Below, piece by piece: positions 50,560 to 61,479 of a stretch of DNA of 64,000 nucleotides. Source of the stretch: Amphiscolops sp. MND2022 (lineage: Eukaryota); the NCBI GenBank assembly GCA_964187785.1, contig OZ076409.1, forward strand, positions 46,936,001 through 47,000,000, in the 5' to 3' direction. A program made the position numbers and the translations under genes. Within the stretch, counting starts at the first letter, position 1. Each line of letters opens with the position of its first letter. The notes beneath the pieces were generated by a model. That model saw only the letters and a program-made list of their open reading frames with translations. It was not told the origin of the DNA and ran no database searches.

Positions 50560-53500
50560 TAGAGCCACACACGTCAACCAGTCCAGACAATAAAACTAAT
50601 TATAATCAAGATAAAATGAATGCACTTAATGAATTTGAATTTTCACAAGAGTCAGTTGAGGACTTAAAATACTTTGATACAGTTGCAAACATTTCCGAAA
50701 TTAGTGCGATCATTCCACTCGAAGGCGAAAACCTAATGTATATACCATTGAAATTTGGCAAACTACGTAGAAAAGCACTAATAGATACTGGAGCATGCGC
50801 AAACTCCATGCCAGCTGAATTGTTTGAAAAATTGAAAAATGAATCCTCTGATTCGATTTCAGACTTGCAACAAGCATCTTTCATTAATGTCAAAGTCGCT
50901 TCCGGGCGCACAGTGAAAGTTTTAGCGCAGATTGAAGTCAAATTTCACGTCAATCATCATGAATTCAAGTACACTTTTCTGATACTTCCCTCGATGAACA
51001 GCGTTGTTATTGGCAACCCTTTTTTCAAAAAGTATAACATAGAAATTAGTCCAGCAGACAACCTTTGAAAATTACCTGATATGACATATCAGTTAAACGA
51101 AATCAAAATACCGCGGGAAGGCAGACGAAAAATTCCGAAAACTCGATACCCAGTTTTGATGTCCCAGAAGTCATTCATTAAACCCCAAAACCAAGAAATT
51201 CTTTATATGAAAATTGAAATTCCGAAAAACCTTGAAGGATACACCGGATTTATTATTCCTCGGGATGATTACGAAAACAGTACTGAATTGAAACTGTCTT
51301 CCGCAGTTGTTACAGTAGGGAAAGGCAATATGGTGACAATATTAGCACTCAATTTGAATGATCATGGTGTAACTATCCCGAGAAATAAAGAAATAGCAGT
51401 TTTTCAGTTTCTTTCTCCACAAGAAGAGGAGGATTCAATTGAAATTGGTCCGGAATTAATAGCACTCAACAAAATGAAAAATGGTGAAATTTTGAAAGAA
51501 ATTAATCAGCTCTTGCGTGTAGGAAAAAACAGCGGAGGGAAACAACCTACTCGTCCGCCGCCAGATTACGAAAAAATCTGGTTTCCTACGCCAGAAACAT
51601 GTGCCAATCCGGAAAGCTTACCTCCATTGCAGCGGGAAATTTTCGATAACATCGCGGAACAACAAAATCGTGATTCGCTAAATCCAATGACAAATGCGAA
51701 CGATAAAGAAACATTTTTAAATCAATTTAACTGGTACAAGTCGTCCTTAACAAAAGAGCAAATTTCGCAAATGCAAGAACTTCTAGTTGAATACTATGAT
51801 ATCTTCGCGAAACATCGTTTCGATGTTGGATATAACACGGAATTGAAAGTAAAACTAACGCCTGCACATGATCTACCGGTCTATGTCCAAAGTCCACCAA
51901 CACCAATTCACCATCGAGATGAAATTCTGATTGAGTTAGCTCTCATGCAGTATTATGGAATAGTGACACTTTTGCCAAATTCTAAATATAGCAGTCCAAT
52001 ATTTGCTCAAAGGGAACAATCCGGTAAATTGAGAATTTTGATCGATTTGAGACGAGTGAATCACCTACTCAGAAATGATTTCAGCAATAATAACTTTCCG
52101 ATATCAAACATGACAGACGCCATGCTTCACTTTGCAGGTAAAACTTTGTTTACAAAGCTTGACTGCTCGCAAGCTTATCATTGTTTGCAAATGGCAGACC
52201 CGCTATCAGTTCAACTTCTGTCATTTAACTTTGCCTCCAGAACGTACGCCTACCAAAGATTAGCACAAGGATTAAACAAATCAGTGACAGGCTTCAGTTC
52301 ATTTGTTAGATCTTATCTAGACTTCTGTCTTGGAGCTAACTTATGTACACAATTCATGGACGATATCGGATGTGGAGTAGAGAACTCTGAACAAATGATA
52401 CCAACACTTAGACAAATATTTGACTGTTTAAGAAAATCAGGATTACGATTGACAACACATAAATGTGAATTCGGCATGAGCTCAATAAACTTCCTTGGAA
52501 ATACGATAACACCTAAAGGACTGAAACCTGAAACAGAAAAGATTGAAAAATTTCTCAAAACTATCAAATTACCAGCAACAGTCAGACAGGTGAAAAGATT
52601 ACTAGGCTTTGCCCTCTTTTTTCGTTCCTTTCTTCCAAATTTAGCCAAAAACTTGATGCCTTGGTATAAATTACTTCGCAAGGATGTTGACTTTGCACTC
52701 CAAGATGAGCATTTGGAAAGTCTTGAAACAATAAAGCAAGACCTTTTGCAAGCAACGAAGACAACGTTAAGACTAGCGAAAGCAGGTCAACAGTACGTAA
52801 TTCTTTGCGACGCCAGTTACTATAGCAGCGGATTTGTATTAATGATAGAAGATTATTTAGAACAGAAAGACGGAACTAAGAAACAGGCCTACGCCCCAGT
52901 TTCATTTGGTTCGCAGCTTTTCAATACTAGTCAGTTGAAGATGTCAACGTATTGTAAAGAATTTTTGGCTCTTTATTTCGCTCTCGCAAACTTTTCACAC
53001 TTTTTTTGGGGAGCAGAGAAACCAGTCATTGTTTTGACGGATAACAAGAGCTTAACATGTTTTTTCCAATCGAAATCACTCCATCCATCACTTTGGAACT
53101 TCATGGATAGAGTAGTAGCATATAACATAGTGCTGGCACATATGAAAACATTCAATCGAATAGTGCCTTACAAAAACTGATCCCTAATTTGAAAGAGCTA
53201 CTAACATCTGCTTGTGATCAATATTTACCAGAGTTATACGCTGTCAAAAAAGCACCAGAACTAAATTCGATCCAAGAAAAGGATCCGCTGAATTTCTTCC
53301 ATTTAACCAATTCTAATGCCGATGCCTTAGATATTCAAGGAGAACAAAAGAGAGACCCTGTATTGCGAAAAGTGATCAGGTGGATTAAACAAGGATGCAG
53401 TGATGACTTGACTTATGCATCTTTTGACTTCAAGAAATATCACAAACACATAGCACGACTACAAGTTAAAGACCGAATTTTGATTCGCCAGTTCTTTGAT

Positions 53501-54964
53501 GATGTTGGAAAAGTTTTACATCATCAAGTATGTGTTCCAAAACACCTCCGAAAACAAGTTATATATCGCATACACAATTCACCAACAGGTGGACACTTAG
53601 GTATTGTTAGAACAGCAAAAGAGTTTCGGAAACGGTTTTACTTTCCAGGCTTCACAGAATTCCTGTGTGAATATATAAAGAACTGTCTTTCTTGTTCAAC
53701 AATGAAAAAAGTTTCTAAACGGGAATTACATCCGCCTTTGCAACCTATTTCATCAGAACAAACTTTCCCGGGTGATATGATGCAAATAGATTTGGTTGGA
53801 CCATTTCAGTCACCAATTTATAAATATGCTCTTTCTGTCATTGATGTTTTTTCAAAATATCTATTTGCAGTACCACTGACGTCCGCTCATGCAGGGACAG
53901 TGGCAAAAGCGCTGGTTTCAATTTTTTTCCAGCATTTCTATATTCCTACCACTATTGTCACTGACTTAGGAACAAGTTTTGTGGCAAAGCTTTTGCATGA
54001 AATGACGGAATTATTAGAAATTAATTTGAAACACGCTTCCCTTAAACATCCACCAACAATCGGTGTTGTTGAGCGATTACATTCCGCACTGAAACGAATT
54101 TTGAAGCTAAATACAGATGAGAAATGGACAACGTGGTATAAGTACACTGATCTCGCAACATTCATACATAACACTTCATACCATTCATCGATTGGTTGCA
54201 CACCCAGTTCCTTATTCCATGGCCGTGAACCCATGAAACCAATTGATTTAAGGTTTCGAAGTCATGCGTTAGCTCAAAAGGAACTTACATCTGACTATTT
54301 GGTCGATTTACAAGATTCTTTGCTAGAACAGTTCTCCCACACAAAATCACGACTTTTGACCGCTTATCATAAATATAGAACTTATTATGATAAAAAAGCC
54401 GCAGCAAAGCCATTAGTGCCAAGTCAGCATTGTTTACTTCTGAACCCTACTCTGTTAACACAGAGTGATTTTGCAGCGAAATCCGCAAAAATATGGCTTT
54501 CTTTGTACAAAGTCAAAAAAGTCTTGACAAATTCGAATTATTTATTTCGCAAAATTGGTACACCGTATACTCAATGCGTGCACCGAATCCGCCTTCGACC
54601 TATCTCACCAAAATTCGAAGTAGACGACATCAGCGTCACACCTCAGGAATTCAAACCTGACCCGTCGTTGGGAAAATTTCGCTCTGAGTATCAAATTTTC
54701 GACGAAGCACTTGAAAAGTCATTCACTGAAGACATTGTAATCATGCCTCCAGCTCGGAATGATGAGAATCACACAGAAGAGGTAGAACACACAATACGGG
54801 GTGTGACGCCAACACCAGCAAATGCAGCAGCTCCTACTGGAACCACTGCACATGCAGTTTTTGAAGGGGCAGATCCGGTGCCCCGGTTCCCACCACTACC
54901 CGCACCTGGACCAGAAAACCCGGTAGAACCGGGCCCTGATGTTTTCCGGAACCTATTGAAATGA
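50556..54964 (+). pseudogene. pol: pol: aspartic protease, dUTPase-like segment, RT, RNase H, integrase
   Basis: ALIDTGA; stop at 51066-51068; KLDCSQAY, LAQGL, FMDD; CDAS..EFLAL..TDNKSL; apparent deletion/frameshift ~53140; HHCC and D,D,E (IDLVG, TDLG, VER). Confidence 0.92.
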
Positions 54965-56085
54965 CGGATCCGATCCAGATGCCCACCAGCAGCTCTCAGC
55001 TCGAGAGTGCGACCGACCGAAGCGGAAACGTCCGAGACGCCGAAAATGAGACGGTCCGCCGAGAGAGCCCTAAGCAGACGATTGCGTCTAGTCAATCAAA
55101 AATTCCTATACCTACAAAAACGGCAACACAGCAACGCCTTCGCTTCGATAACTATGATCATTTTCGGGACATTCCAACGAGAAGAGCACTCGCCGATGGA
55201 GGATATTACGAGTGTTTAAACAAAGAAGGTACTACACAACATTCCAACGAACAAAAAAGAGAAATGCTGCGAAATATAGCGCACACTACACGTTCAGCGG
55301 CACAATTGGGTAGGTCAATCCCCAATGTCCACAAACAACCAGGAAAACCAACTTTGAAAAATCGCTATCCTGAACGTTCAAACCGAGGAATACCAGGACC
55401 TTCGAAAGATGTTCACTCAGCCAGTTTTCAGTTGAATATGTTCGCCGACCCTAACGATTGTATAAATTTGCCCATGAACATTCGCATCAAACCAGGAAAT
55501 TTGCTTGCCAACACAAACCTAAATTTCGCACACTGTGTTTCATCGAACCTGTCAATGTCAGCAGGTATTGCCACACAGTTTATAAAATTGTTCCCTGAAC
55601 TGAAAGACGTCCGTGCAATGCATTCAAATCTACAGCCTGGATCGCTCATTGCACATTTCTCCAAGCAACACAACAATCGGATCTACAATTTGGTGACGAA
55701 AGCTAACCATAGAGACAAACCGACCTATGCTAACTTTCGAAAAAGTCTATGTCGCATGAAAAGTCGCATGTTAGAAAAAGGGGTTAGAGAAATCAATTTA
55801 CCACAGATTGGCTGTGGCCTCGATAAACTGGAATGGAAAAACGTTTTGTTACTGCTCATTCATGTCTTCAGTGGCAGTGGAATTCAAGTCAATATTTATT
55901 TGCGCAAGATACATTCGAAAATACACTTTGATAATGCGCTTTTAGAAGAACAAACGTCGCATGATGAAGATACCCGGAGACACATTTACAATATGGCGAC
56001 GGCACGTAGACTCGCACTCGAGGGCATGCTTCAAAGTACGCCCAATCATGTCCGTAACGACTCGAATAACGAGCACCCGAACTGA
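54961..56085 (+). CDS. Low-complexity linker plus TARG1/OARD1-like macrodomain (55474-55902)
   Basis: AHCVSSNLSMSAGIATQF, IYNLVTK, KPTY, LPQIGCGLDKLEW are characteristic of the TARG1/Poa1p-like macrodomain class. Confidence 0.88.
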   Translation: MTDPIQMPTSSSQLESATDRSGNVRDAENETVRRESPKQTIASSQSKIPIPTKTATQQRLRFDNYDHFRDIPTRRALADGGYYECLNKEGTTQHSNEQKREMLRNIAHTTRSAAQLGRSIPNVHKQPGKPTLKNRYPERSNRGIPGPSKDVHSASFQLNMFADPNDCINLPMNIRIKPGNLLANTNLNFAHCVSSNLSMSAGIATQFIKLFPELKDVRAMHSNLQPGSLIAHFSKQHNNRIYNLVTKANHRDKPTYANFRKSLCRMKSRMLEKGVREINLPQIGCGLDKLEWKNVLLLLIHVFSGSGIQVNIYLRKIHSKIHFDNALLEEQTSHDEDTRRHIYNMATARRLALEGMLQSTPNHVRNDSNNEHPN

Positions 56086-56873
56086 GAGCTGTTCCTCGAA
56101 CTTTACCGACTATTGAAAAAAAACTGACACAAAATTGCAAAACAAAAGGATATGCAAGTAGTGGTACATGCTCCAACTTGTTTGCTATGAAATTGGCTAA
56201 TTGGCTACAGTGAAACCTCGATGCGCTCGTTTCACAATGCCTTTTGCGATGAAGAATCGCTTACATTTCCATAAAGAATTTTTTTTTCCTATTTTCAATT
56301 TTTTTCCACCAATTTTCAAAAATCCGCCACCACAGTGTTGTAGGTTAGGCTCTTGGCTCCTGTTTGCCGCAACTATATGCCCACAGGTCATCTCCCTGCA
56401 AAACGGGACAAAAAATAAGCCCTACCGATGACACCAAATATAGACACTTTGACTGTTTTTTTCTTTCATCGCCTTAAGAAAAACATACATCACAACACAC
56501 TACGCAGTAATCGCCTTGCCTTGCATTTGCTCGGGTCCCGAGCCCTCGCACCGTCTCAATTCATAAGGGAACAACATACAACAGTAAGCGCAACAACGAG
56601 AGAGGTCAGCAATTTCCAATTAAACATTAACAGTGCCTAACATAGTGCAGTGTTTCATGAATGAGCATCTTGTGCAACACCTGAAGGGTGCATACCATTA
56701 CCGTTTTGTTGAGAGTTTGATAAGACTACAAAATCTTTTTTCATCACCTGCAAAAGCAAAAGGACGTTTTTCCACTGAACTTACCGGTCGCAAACACCCA
56801 CCGTACATGAATGCTTACGTTTATTCTTCCCTTTCACTTTCTCCCATTTAGCTCGTACTCGAGGAAGACGTAA

Positions 56874-57887
56874 CTACCTCTGCCTTCTGAAGGAAAATTG
56901 CTTTGGTTTAAGTTGCCTCTTGCATAGGTTTTTTCCATCAACAGCAAAACATTCCATGTGTTGCACAATATCAGTATTCGGGATTCCTTCTCGCTGGCGG
57001 ACAAAATTCAACACACTTGCATAAGGTAGCGATTGAGTGGCCCAACGCGTCGGACCTTTTGGTAACCCAGAGGAATAGTAATTGAACACTTGCAACTGCC
57101 TTGTGTCATCTTTGAAACTTTTGGCCTCAAAGCCGGCAACTAAGGACGCCCCAGTAGACATGGTAATTACTGTATGCGCACAGAGAGCTGGTTGTATCAT
57201 TAATGACGACGGCATTGTAAAATAAAACCTTACTTTCTCCCTAATACTCGGGGACTGAGGCCCCTTTAAAAAGTTGAGAACAGCTTGACTGCTTTGTAAT
57301 AGTTTTTCCAAATTTCTAGATTTGATACCTCGTTCAGCAATGATCATAAATTTTTTTGCGAGAGGCACATGAGTGACACTATCATCACCGCCGGTTTCAA
57401 TATGACCTCCGGTGAACCACTTACCGAAGGCAGCGATAGCATCCAATTTTGTCAATTGTAACGAGTTCGGAACAGTAAACACGGCAAGACCATTCAAGTC
57501 AAAAGAATATGCTGAAGAATTGCTAGTAAATCGATCATCAGCACTCGTAATTTTCCCATACACTCTGCTCGACTCTCCTTTGTTATATCTTTTCAAATGG
57601 ATCAGCATTTCCAAAGCATTTTTACTTTTTCCAATTTTCTCCACAAATACTGGATTTACTGTGAAAAGCTGCTGATTTTCAACTATCAACGGCTTTATCA
57701 GCCAATCTGGTTGCACAAAGTCGCTCTTGCCCGTTCGAATCAGTTCTTTGTTTAGTTCCTCCCGCGAATGAATATTAGTCCCGTTTACTTGCTCAACGGG
57801 TAACCAACCCCATTCAGTCAACTTTTGCGGTGTCAAGGAGACACAATAATCAGCAATTTTTTCTGCCGCTTGCGAGCGAGTTTCCAT
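56874..57887 (-). CDS. JmjC-domain Fe(II)/2OG dioxygenase-like protein (KDM2/KDM7-like), 337 aa
   Basis: FTGGHIETGGDDSVTHVPLAKKFMII and PSSLMIQPALCAHTVIT..SLVAG give an H-x-E...H triad plus T and K at the 2OG-binding positions. Confidence 0.78.
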   Translation of the reverse strand: METRSQAAEKIADYCVSLTPQKLTEWGWLPVEQVNGTNIHSREELNKELIRTGKSDFVQPDWLIKPLIVENQQLFTVNPVFVEKIGKSKNALEMLIHLKRYNKGESSRVYGKITSADDRFTSNSSAYSFDLNGLAVFTVPNSLQLTKLDAIAAFGKWFTGGHIETGGDDSVTHVPLAKKFMIIAERGIKSRNLEKLLQSSQAVLNFLKGPQSPSIREKVRFYFTMPSSLMIQPALCAHTVITMSTGASLVAGFEAKSFKDDTRQLQVFNYYSSGLPKGPTRWATQSLPYASVLNFVRQREGIPNTDIVQHMECFAVDGKNLCKRQLKPKQFSFRRQR

Positions 57888-58210
57888 GACGAATTCTGGA
57901 ACACAAATTCTCTTGATGCAACTCGATTACTTGAAAGTCAAGCTTAAAGTCCAATTGAATAGACTGCTTTAAGCTACAGGTTTTACCGCTGCTTAGGCAA
58001 CATTCCCATAATATTAACTCACGTCTGTTAACTTCTTAAGGATGGGTACACAAACATTAAATTAATCTGCAAATACGGTTGAAGTAATCACATACACAAC
58101 ATTAAACACCAATTGACTCCTGCTGACATCTGCTTCAGACTAAAAGTATAATAACATCTGCTGAGCTCCTCTCCAGATTTAGCTCCTTTTTTCACTTGCT
58201 GGGTCATTTT

Positions 58211-58435
58211 TTAACGCAGTCGTTTCATGATGACATAAACGATCACCAGGCCCACCAGAATAAACACCACCACCCAGGATTTGTCGGAACCTTGTGATAC
58301 CTCAGGGCTGCTGGGATCATTCTTACACATGGTTAGAATCTCGTTGATACAGTGCCCTGCAACACAGGTTTTTCCAGGGCAGCACTCCACTACAATTCCG
58401 GAAACTTCTTTGTGGACGCACATTTTATGAGTCAC
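58211..58435 (-). CDS. Small Cys-rich single-pass membrane peptide (start uncertain)
   Basis: 6 Cys, then hydrophobic WVVVFILVGLVIVYVIM and basic KRLR; GTG start, ttttcag acceptor-like site just upstream. Confidence 0.45.
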   Translation of the reverse strand: MTHKMCVHKEVSGIVVECCPGKTCVAGHCINEILTMCKNDPSSPEVSQGSDKSWVVVFILVGLVIVYVIMKRLR

Positions 58436-58600
58436 TGCAAATGTTCTGAAAAGCTAGATGCCTCTACATTTTCAGACTCAGATATTCACATGTACATCAG
58501 GACGACAGCGCTATTAGGATGGTACTTCTAAAATTTTCCGACGTCAAAAAAAATCAAAAAAAAATCCAAGAGAAGCTAAAAATCCGACACTTTCTGCGAG

Positions 58601-60931
58601 ATGTTTTTTTCAGTGACTTCAACGATTCTTGCACTTTCTACAATCCAATCGGAATGGATCTCGGATATTATAGCTGATCAGGACTCTGGAGCAATTCTCG
58701 CCAATGGAATCATATTCAATCACATTACGAAAATACTTTTAGCTGAGAAGTTTATCAACGTCGATTTTCTGGTCCCCTTTCCAAAGTTTGAAATGAATGT
58801 AAGCGCCGAATTGGGCTTTTACATTAACGAACTTGCGCCACTATGGAGCTCTACAAGCTGGCAGTGTCATCTCGATTATTCTTCGAACTTTCAGAAAAAC
58901 GATTCAACTTTCGATATCGATTGGCTGCTCCGTCAAGTTGAGAACGAAGTCACGCTTGCTGAACAAGAGCTAGACGCTCTTCGCGTTTACACTTCCTCAT
59001 TCTTGAATGCAGAAAATGATGCCGCTCAAGCACGAAATCGGCAACCGAGGGCAGCGCCACTTGCTATGATGGCGCTAGCATCAGTGGGACTGTTCGGATC
59101 TGGCATCGCCTTGGGAAGCGGTGAATGTGGACTCCGAGGTCTTTTTGGATCATGCCATGACCGTTCCAAGGCAAATGCTGCGAATATCGAAAAGCTGGCA
59201 GAATTCACAGAGAGCTTAACACAAGATGTTTTCAAATTACGAAATGAAGTGAACGACAAGTTTTTTATGGTTACGACGGAATTAGACGCCCTAAAGTCCG
59301 TTCAACAGGAAATGCTTGAAGTCCAAAACCGTAACTGGAAACTTATCGCGGAACACTTCGAAGTTTTCCAGCATAACATTCACGTCTTGAGAGATTGTGA
59401 TCAACTTTTATTCACCAGACAACAGATTAACTTTAACTACGACACAATTTCTTCTCTTCTGACTTTAACATTTGCAAACATTAAAAGTTATCGAGGCGCT
59501 CTCTACACCTACAAAATAAATATGATGAATTCAATCCAACCTATACTGAATCAATATTTACCGATGTCATTGGTCCCCAGAGCAGCGCTTACAGCTATAC
59601 TAGATGACGTCGCTTCAGAACAATGGCGAAAATCCGACAGGCTTTCATTGGCAATCCCAATGGACGAAATTATTGCCTACTATGAATCGCAATTACTCCG
59701 GGATGTTCTCGTTGTTGAACAAGGACTGATCATGCGCATTGCAATTCCACTCGCCACAGAAGATTCAGCGTTTACCGTTTTCCGCGCTATTGCAGTGCCC
59801 ATGCTCCAGCCTGAACAAGATTCAGCAATTAAATGGAAATTGGAAGCGCCATACCTGGCTATTTCCGAGAATAATAAAGAAACCGCATTTCTGACAGATT
59901 ATGATCTTAGTCGCTGTATCGGATCAACGCGCTATCAGATGTGTCTAGATATGATCGCAACCGAAACAGGTCATGATTCCTGTTTGGCGACCCTCTACTT
60001 CAAAGATAGCGTCGCGGCATTACAAGTTTGCGAAACGGAACAAATAGTCTTACCAGCCACCGAAAAGGCTGAAAACTTAGGCTTTGGCGTATGGTTGATA
60101 ACATCTGCTACTACCGCCTATACGTTGTTTGAATCGGACACAGAGTCCACTACTTCTTCCGGAATTGTGAAATATCCCGGATGTCGAATTTGCATAGTTA
60201 CACTTAAATGCGGCAAACAATTGTCAGGAGACCATATTAAAATCAGATCTGATCTAAGTACTTGTGAGGAAATGCCAGCCATTAAAGTAAACGTCAAACT
60301 TCCGGATCCTCTCCAAGAACTGTGGAGTGAATTGCCGGAATTAGATGAAATGCCCTACTACTCTACCAAGACCGAAGCAGGAGTAGCAATGTTGAAAGAA
60401 GTTCGTGAAACGCTACTCGATAGTCCAAAAATGCGTGACCCGAAAAAACTCTTAGAAATTGCTCGACCTATCACTACTAAAATGACGCAATTACGGCCAT
60501 CTCTTACGAAGGAGTTCGAATCCCATCTTTCCATCAAACATTCATTGCTCATGAGACTGATTTCATTCGTAGGATCGATGGTACTTCATGTAATTGTTGT
60601 CTGGATCTATCACCGATACAAGCATCGTAACCCTTCCACTCCCCTCTGGTGTGGATTATTCTGTCCGAAACGTTCACAAGGAGCTATCGACCCGGCTCCG
60701 GAATATGAGTCGCAAGTGACGGCTCTCGACTCCGCACATCATGATTATGCGCAAAAGGTTCGATCCTTCTCCCGAGAGACACTTAAAGATATCGGAACAG
60801 GAGTCGCTATTAATACGCTGACGCGTAAAGTCTCGGAGCCTACAGCTCCACAGCAACTGTTTGCATCTAACTATCAGGTAAATAACATGCCTGGTCATTA
60901 CAAATCGCTGAATGACGTTCGCAGCCCTTAA
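58601..60931 (+). CDS. env: Envelope glycoprotein, class I F-type fusion protein, 776 aa
   Basis: N-terminal signal-like segment, furin-type RNRQPR, fusion peptide AAPLAMMALASVGLFGSGIALG, heptad region, Cys-rich domain, TM LISFVGSMVLHVIVVWIY and cytoplasmic tail. Confidence 0.88.
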   Translation: MFFSVTSTILALSTIQSEWISDIIADQDSGAILANGIIFNHITKILLAEKFINVDFLVPFPKFEMNVSAELGFYINELAPLWSSTSWQCHLDYSSNFQKNDSTFDIDWLLRQVENEVTLAEQELDALRVYTSSFLNAENDAAQARNRQPRAAPLAMMALASVGLFGSGIALGSGECGLRGLFGSCHDRSKANAANIEKLAEFTESLTQDVFKLRNEVNDKFFMVTTELDALKSVQQEMLEVQNRNWKLIAEHFEVFQHNIHVLRDCDQLLFTRQQINFNYDTISSLLTLTFANIKSYRGALYTYKINMMNSIQPILNQYLPMSLVPRAALTAILDDVASEQWRKSDRLSLAIPMDEIIAYYESQLLRDVLVVEQGLIMRIAIPLATEDSAFTVFRAIAVPMLQPEQDSAIKWKLEAPYLAISENNKETAFLTDYDLSRCIGSTRYQMCLDMIATETGHDSCLATLYFKDSVAALQVCETEQIVLPATEKAENLGFGVWLITSATTAYTLFESDTESTTSSGIVKYPGCRICIVTLKCGKQLSGDHIKIRSDLSTCEEMPAIKVNVKLPDPLQELWSELPELDEMPYYSTKTEAGVAMLKEVRETLLDSPKMRDPKKLLEIARPITTKMTQLRPSLTKEFESHLSIKHSLLMRLISFVGSMVLHVIVVWIYHRYKHRNPSTPLWCGLFCPKRSQGAIDPAPEYESQVTALDSAHHDYAQKVRSFSRETLKDIGTGVAINTLTRKVSEPTAPQQLFASNYQVNNMPGHYKSLNDVRSP

Positions 60932-61471
60932 TGGCTAAGCTATATGAAAATCGTCTTTTTCCCAAACCGTGGAAAAGGGACCATTGCTTTTACTTTTTTC
61001 CAAAGCGGACCATTTATACTGACTTCATCTCATTTTTAACTGAAATCATGTTCATTCACTCCAATTATGGTGCAAATAAAGTTATAAAATAATCTTTTTG
61101 GGACTGGACGACTGTGTGTTGGCTACTTTACATCTTATTCTGGATGATTTCTCTGGTCTTTCATCAATTCAAGATACAATAATGATTCTGGATGCTCTTG
61201 GTATAACTCCACTTTCTTCGATACAATGAATCTCCTTCACTTCATATCTTTTTTTGCATGGGATCTCAACAAAATGCGACTTTACACTTCTTCCTACACT
61301 GGTTGCGAGTCTGATATTCTGGATACAACAGTTGGGAAAAATATACTGTACTTGACTACACCTTTTTCGATGAGGAATGGGATACTAATAAAATTTTGGG
61401 TTATCTTCTTCCATTGCAGATGACTTTCTTCGCCTTCTTCCGGATGTACCCAGCGGCGAAGCAACAGCAAC

Positions 61472-61479
61472 GAGGGTAG
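61472..61479 (+). promoter_or_regulatory. Short polypurine-tract-like sequence
   Basis: gagggtag abutting the 3' LTR; short and imperfect. Confidence 0.45.

Noticed and set aside
49623..60898. Other minus-strand ORFs overlapping gag, pol and env
   Set aside because: Antisense shadows of real coding frames with no motifs, unlike the non-overlapping JmjC ORF.
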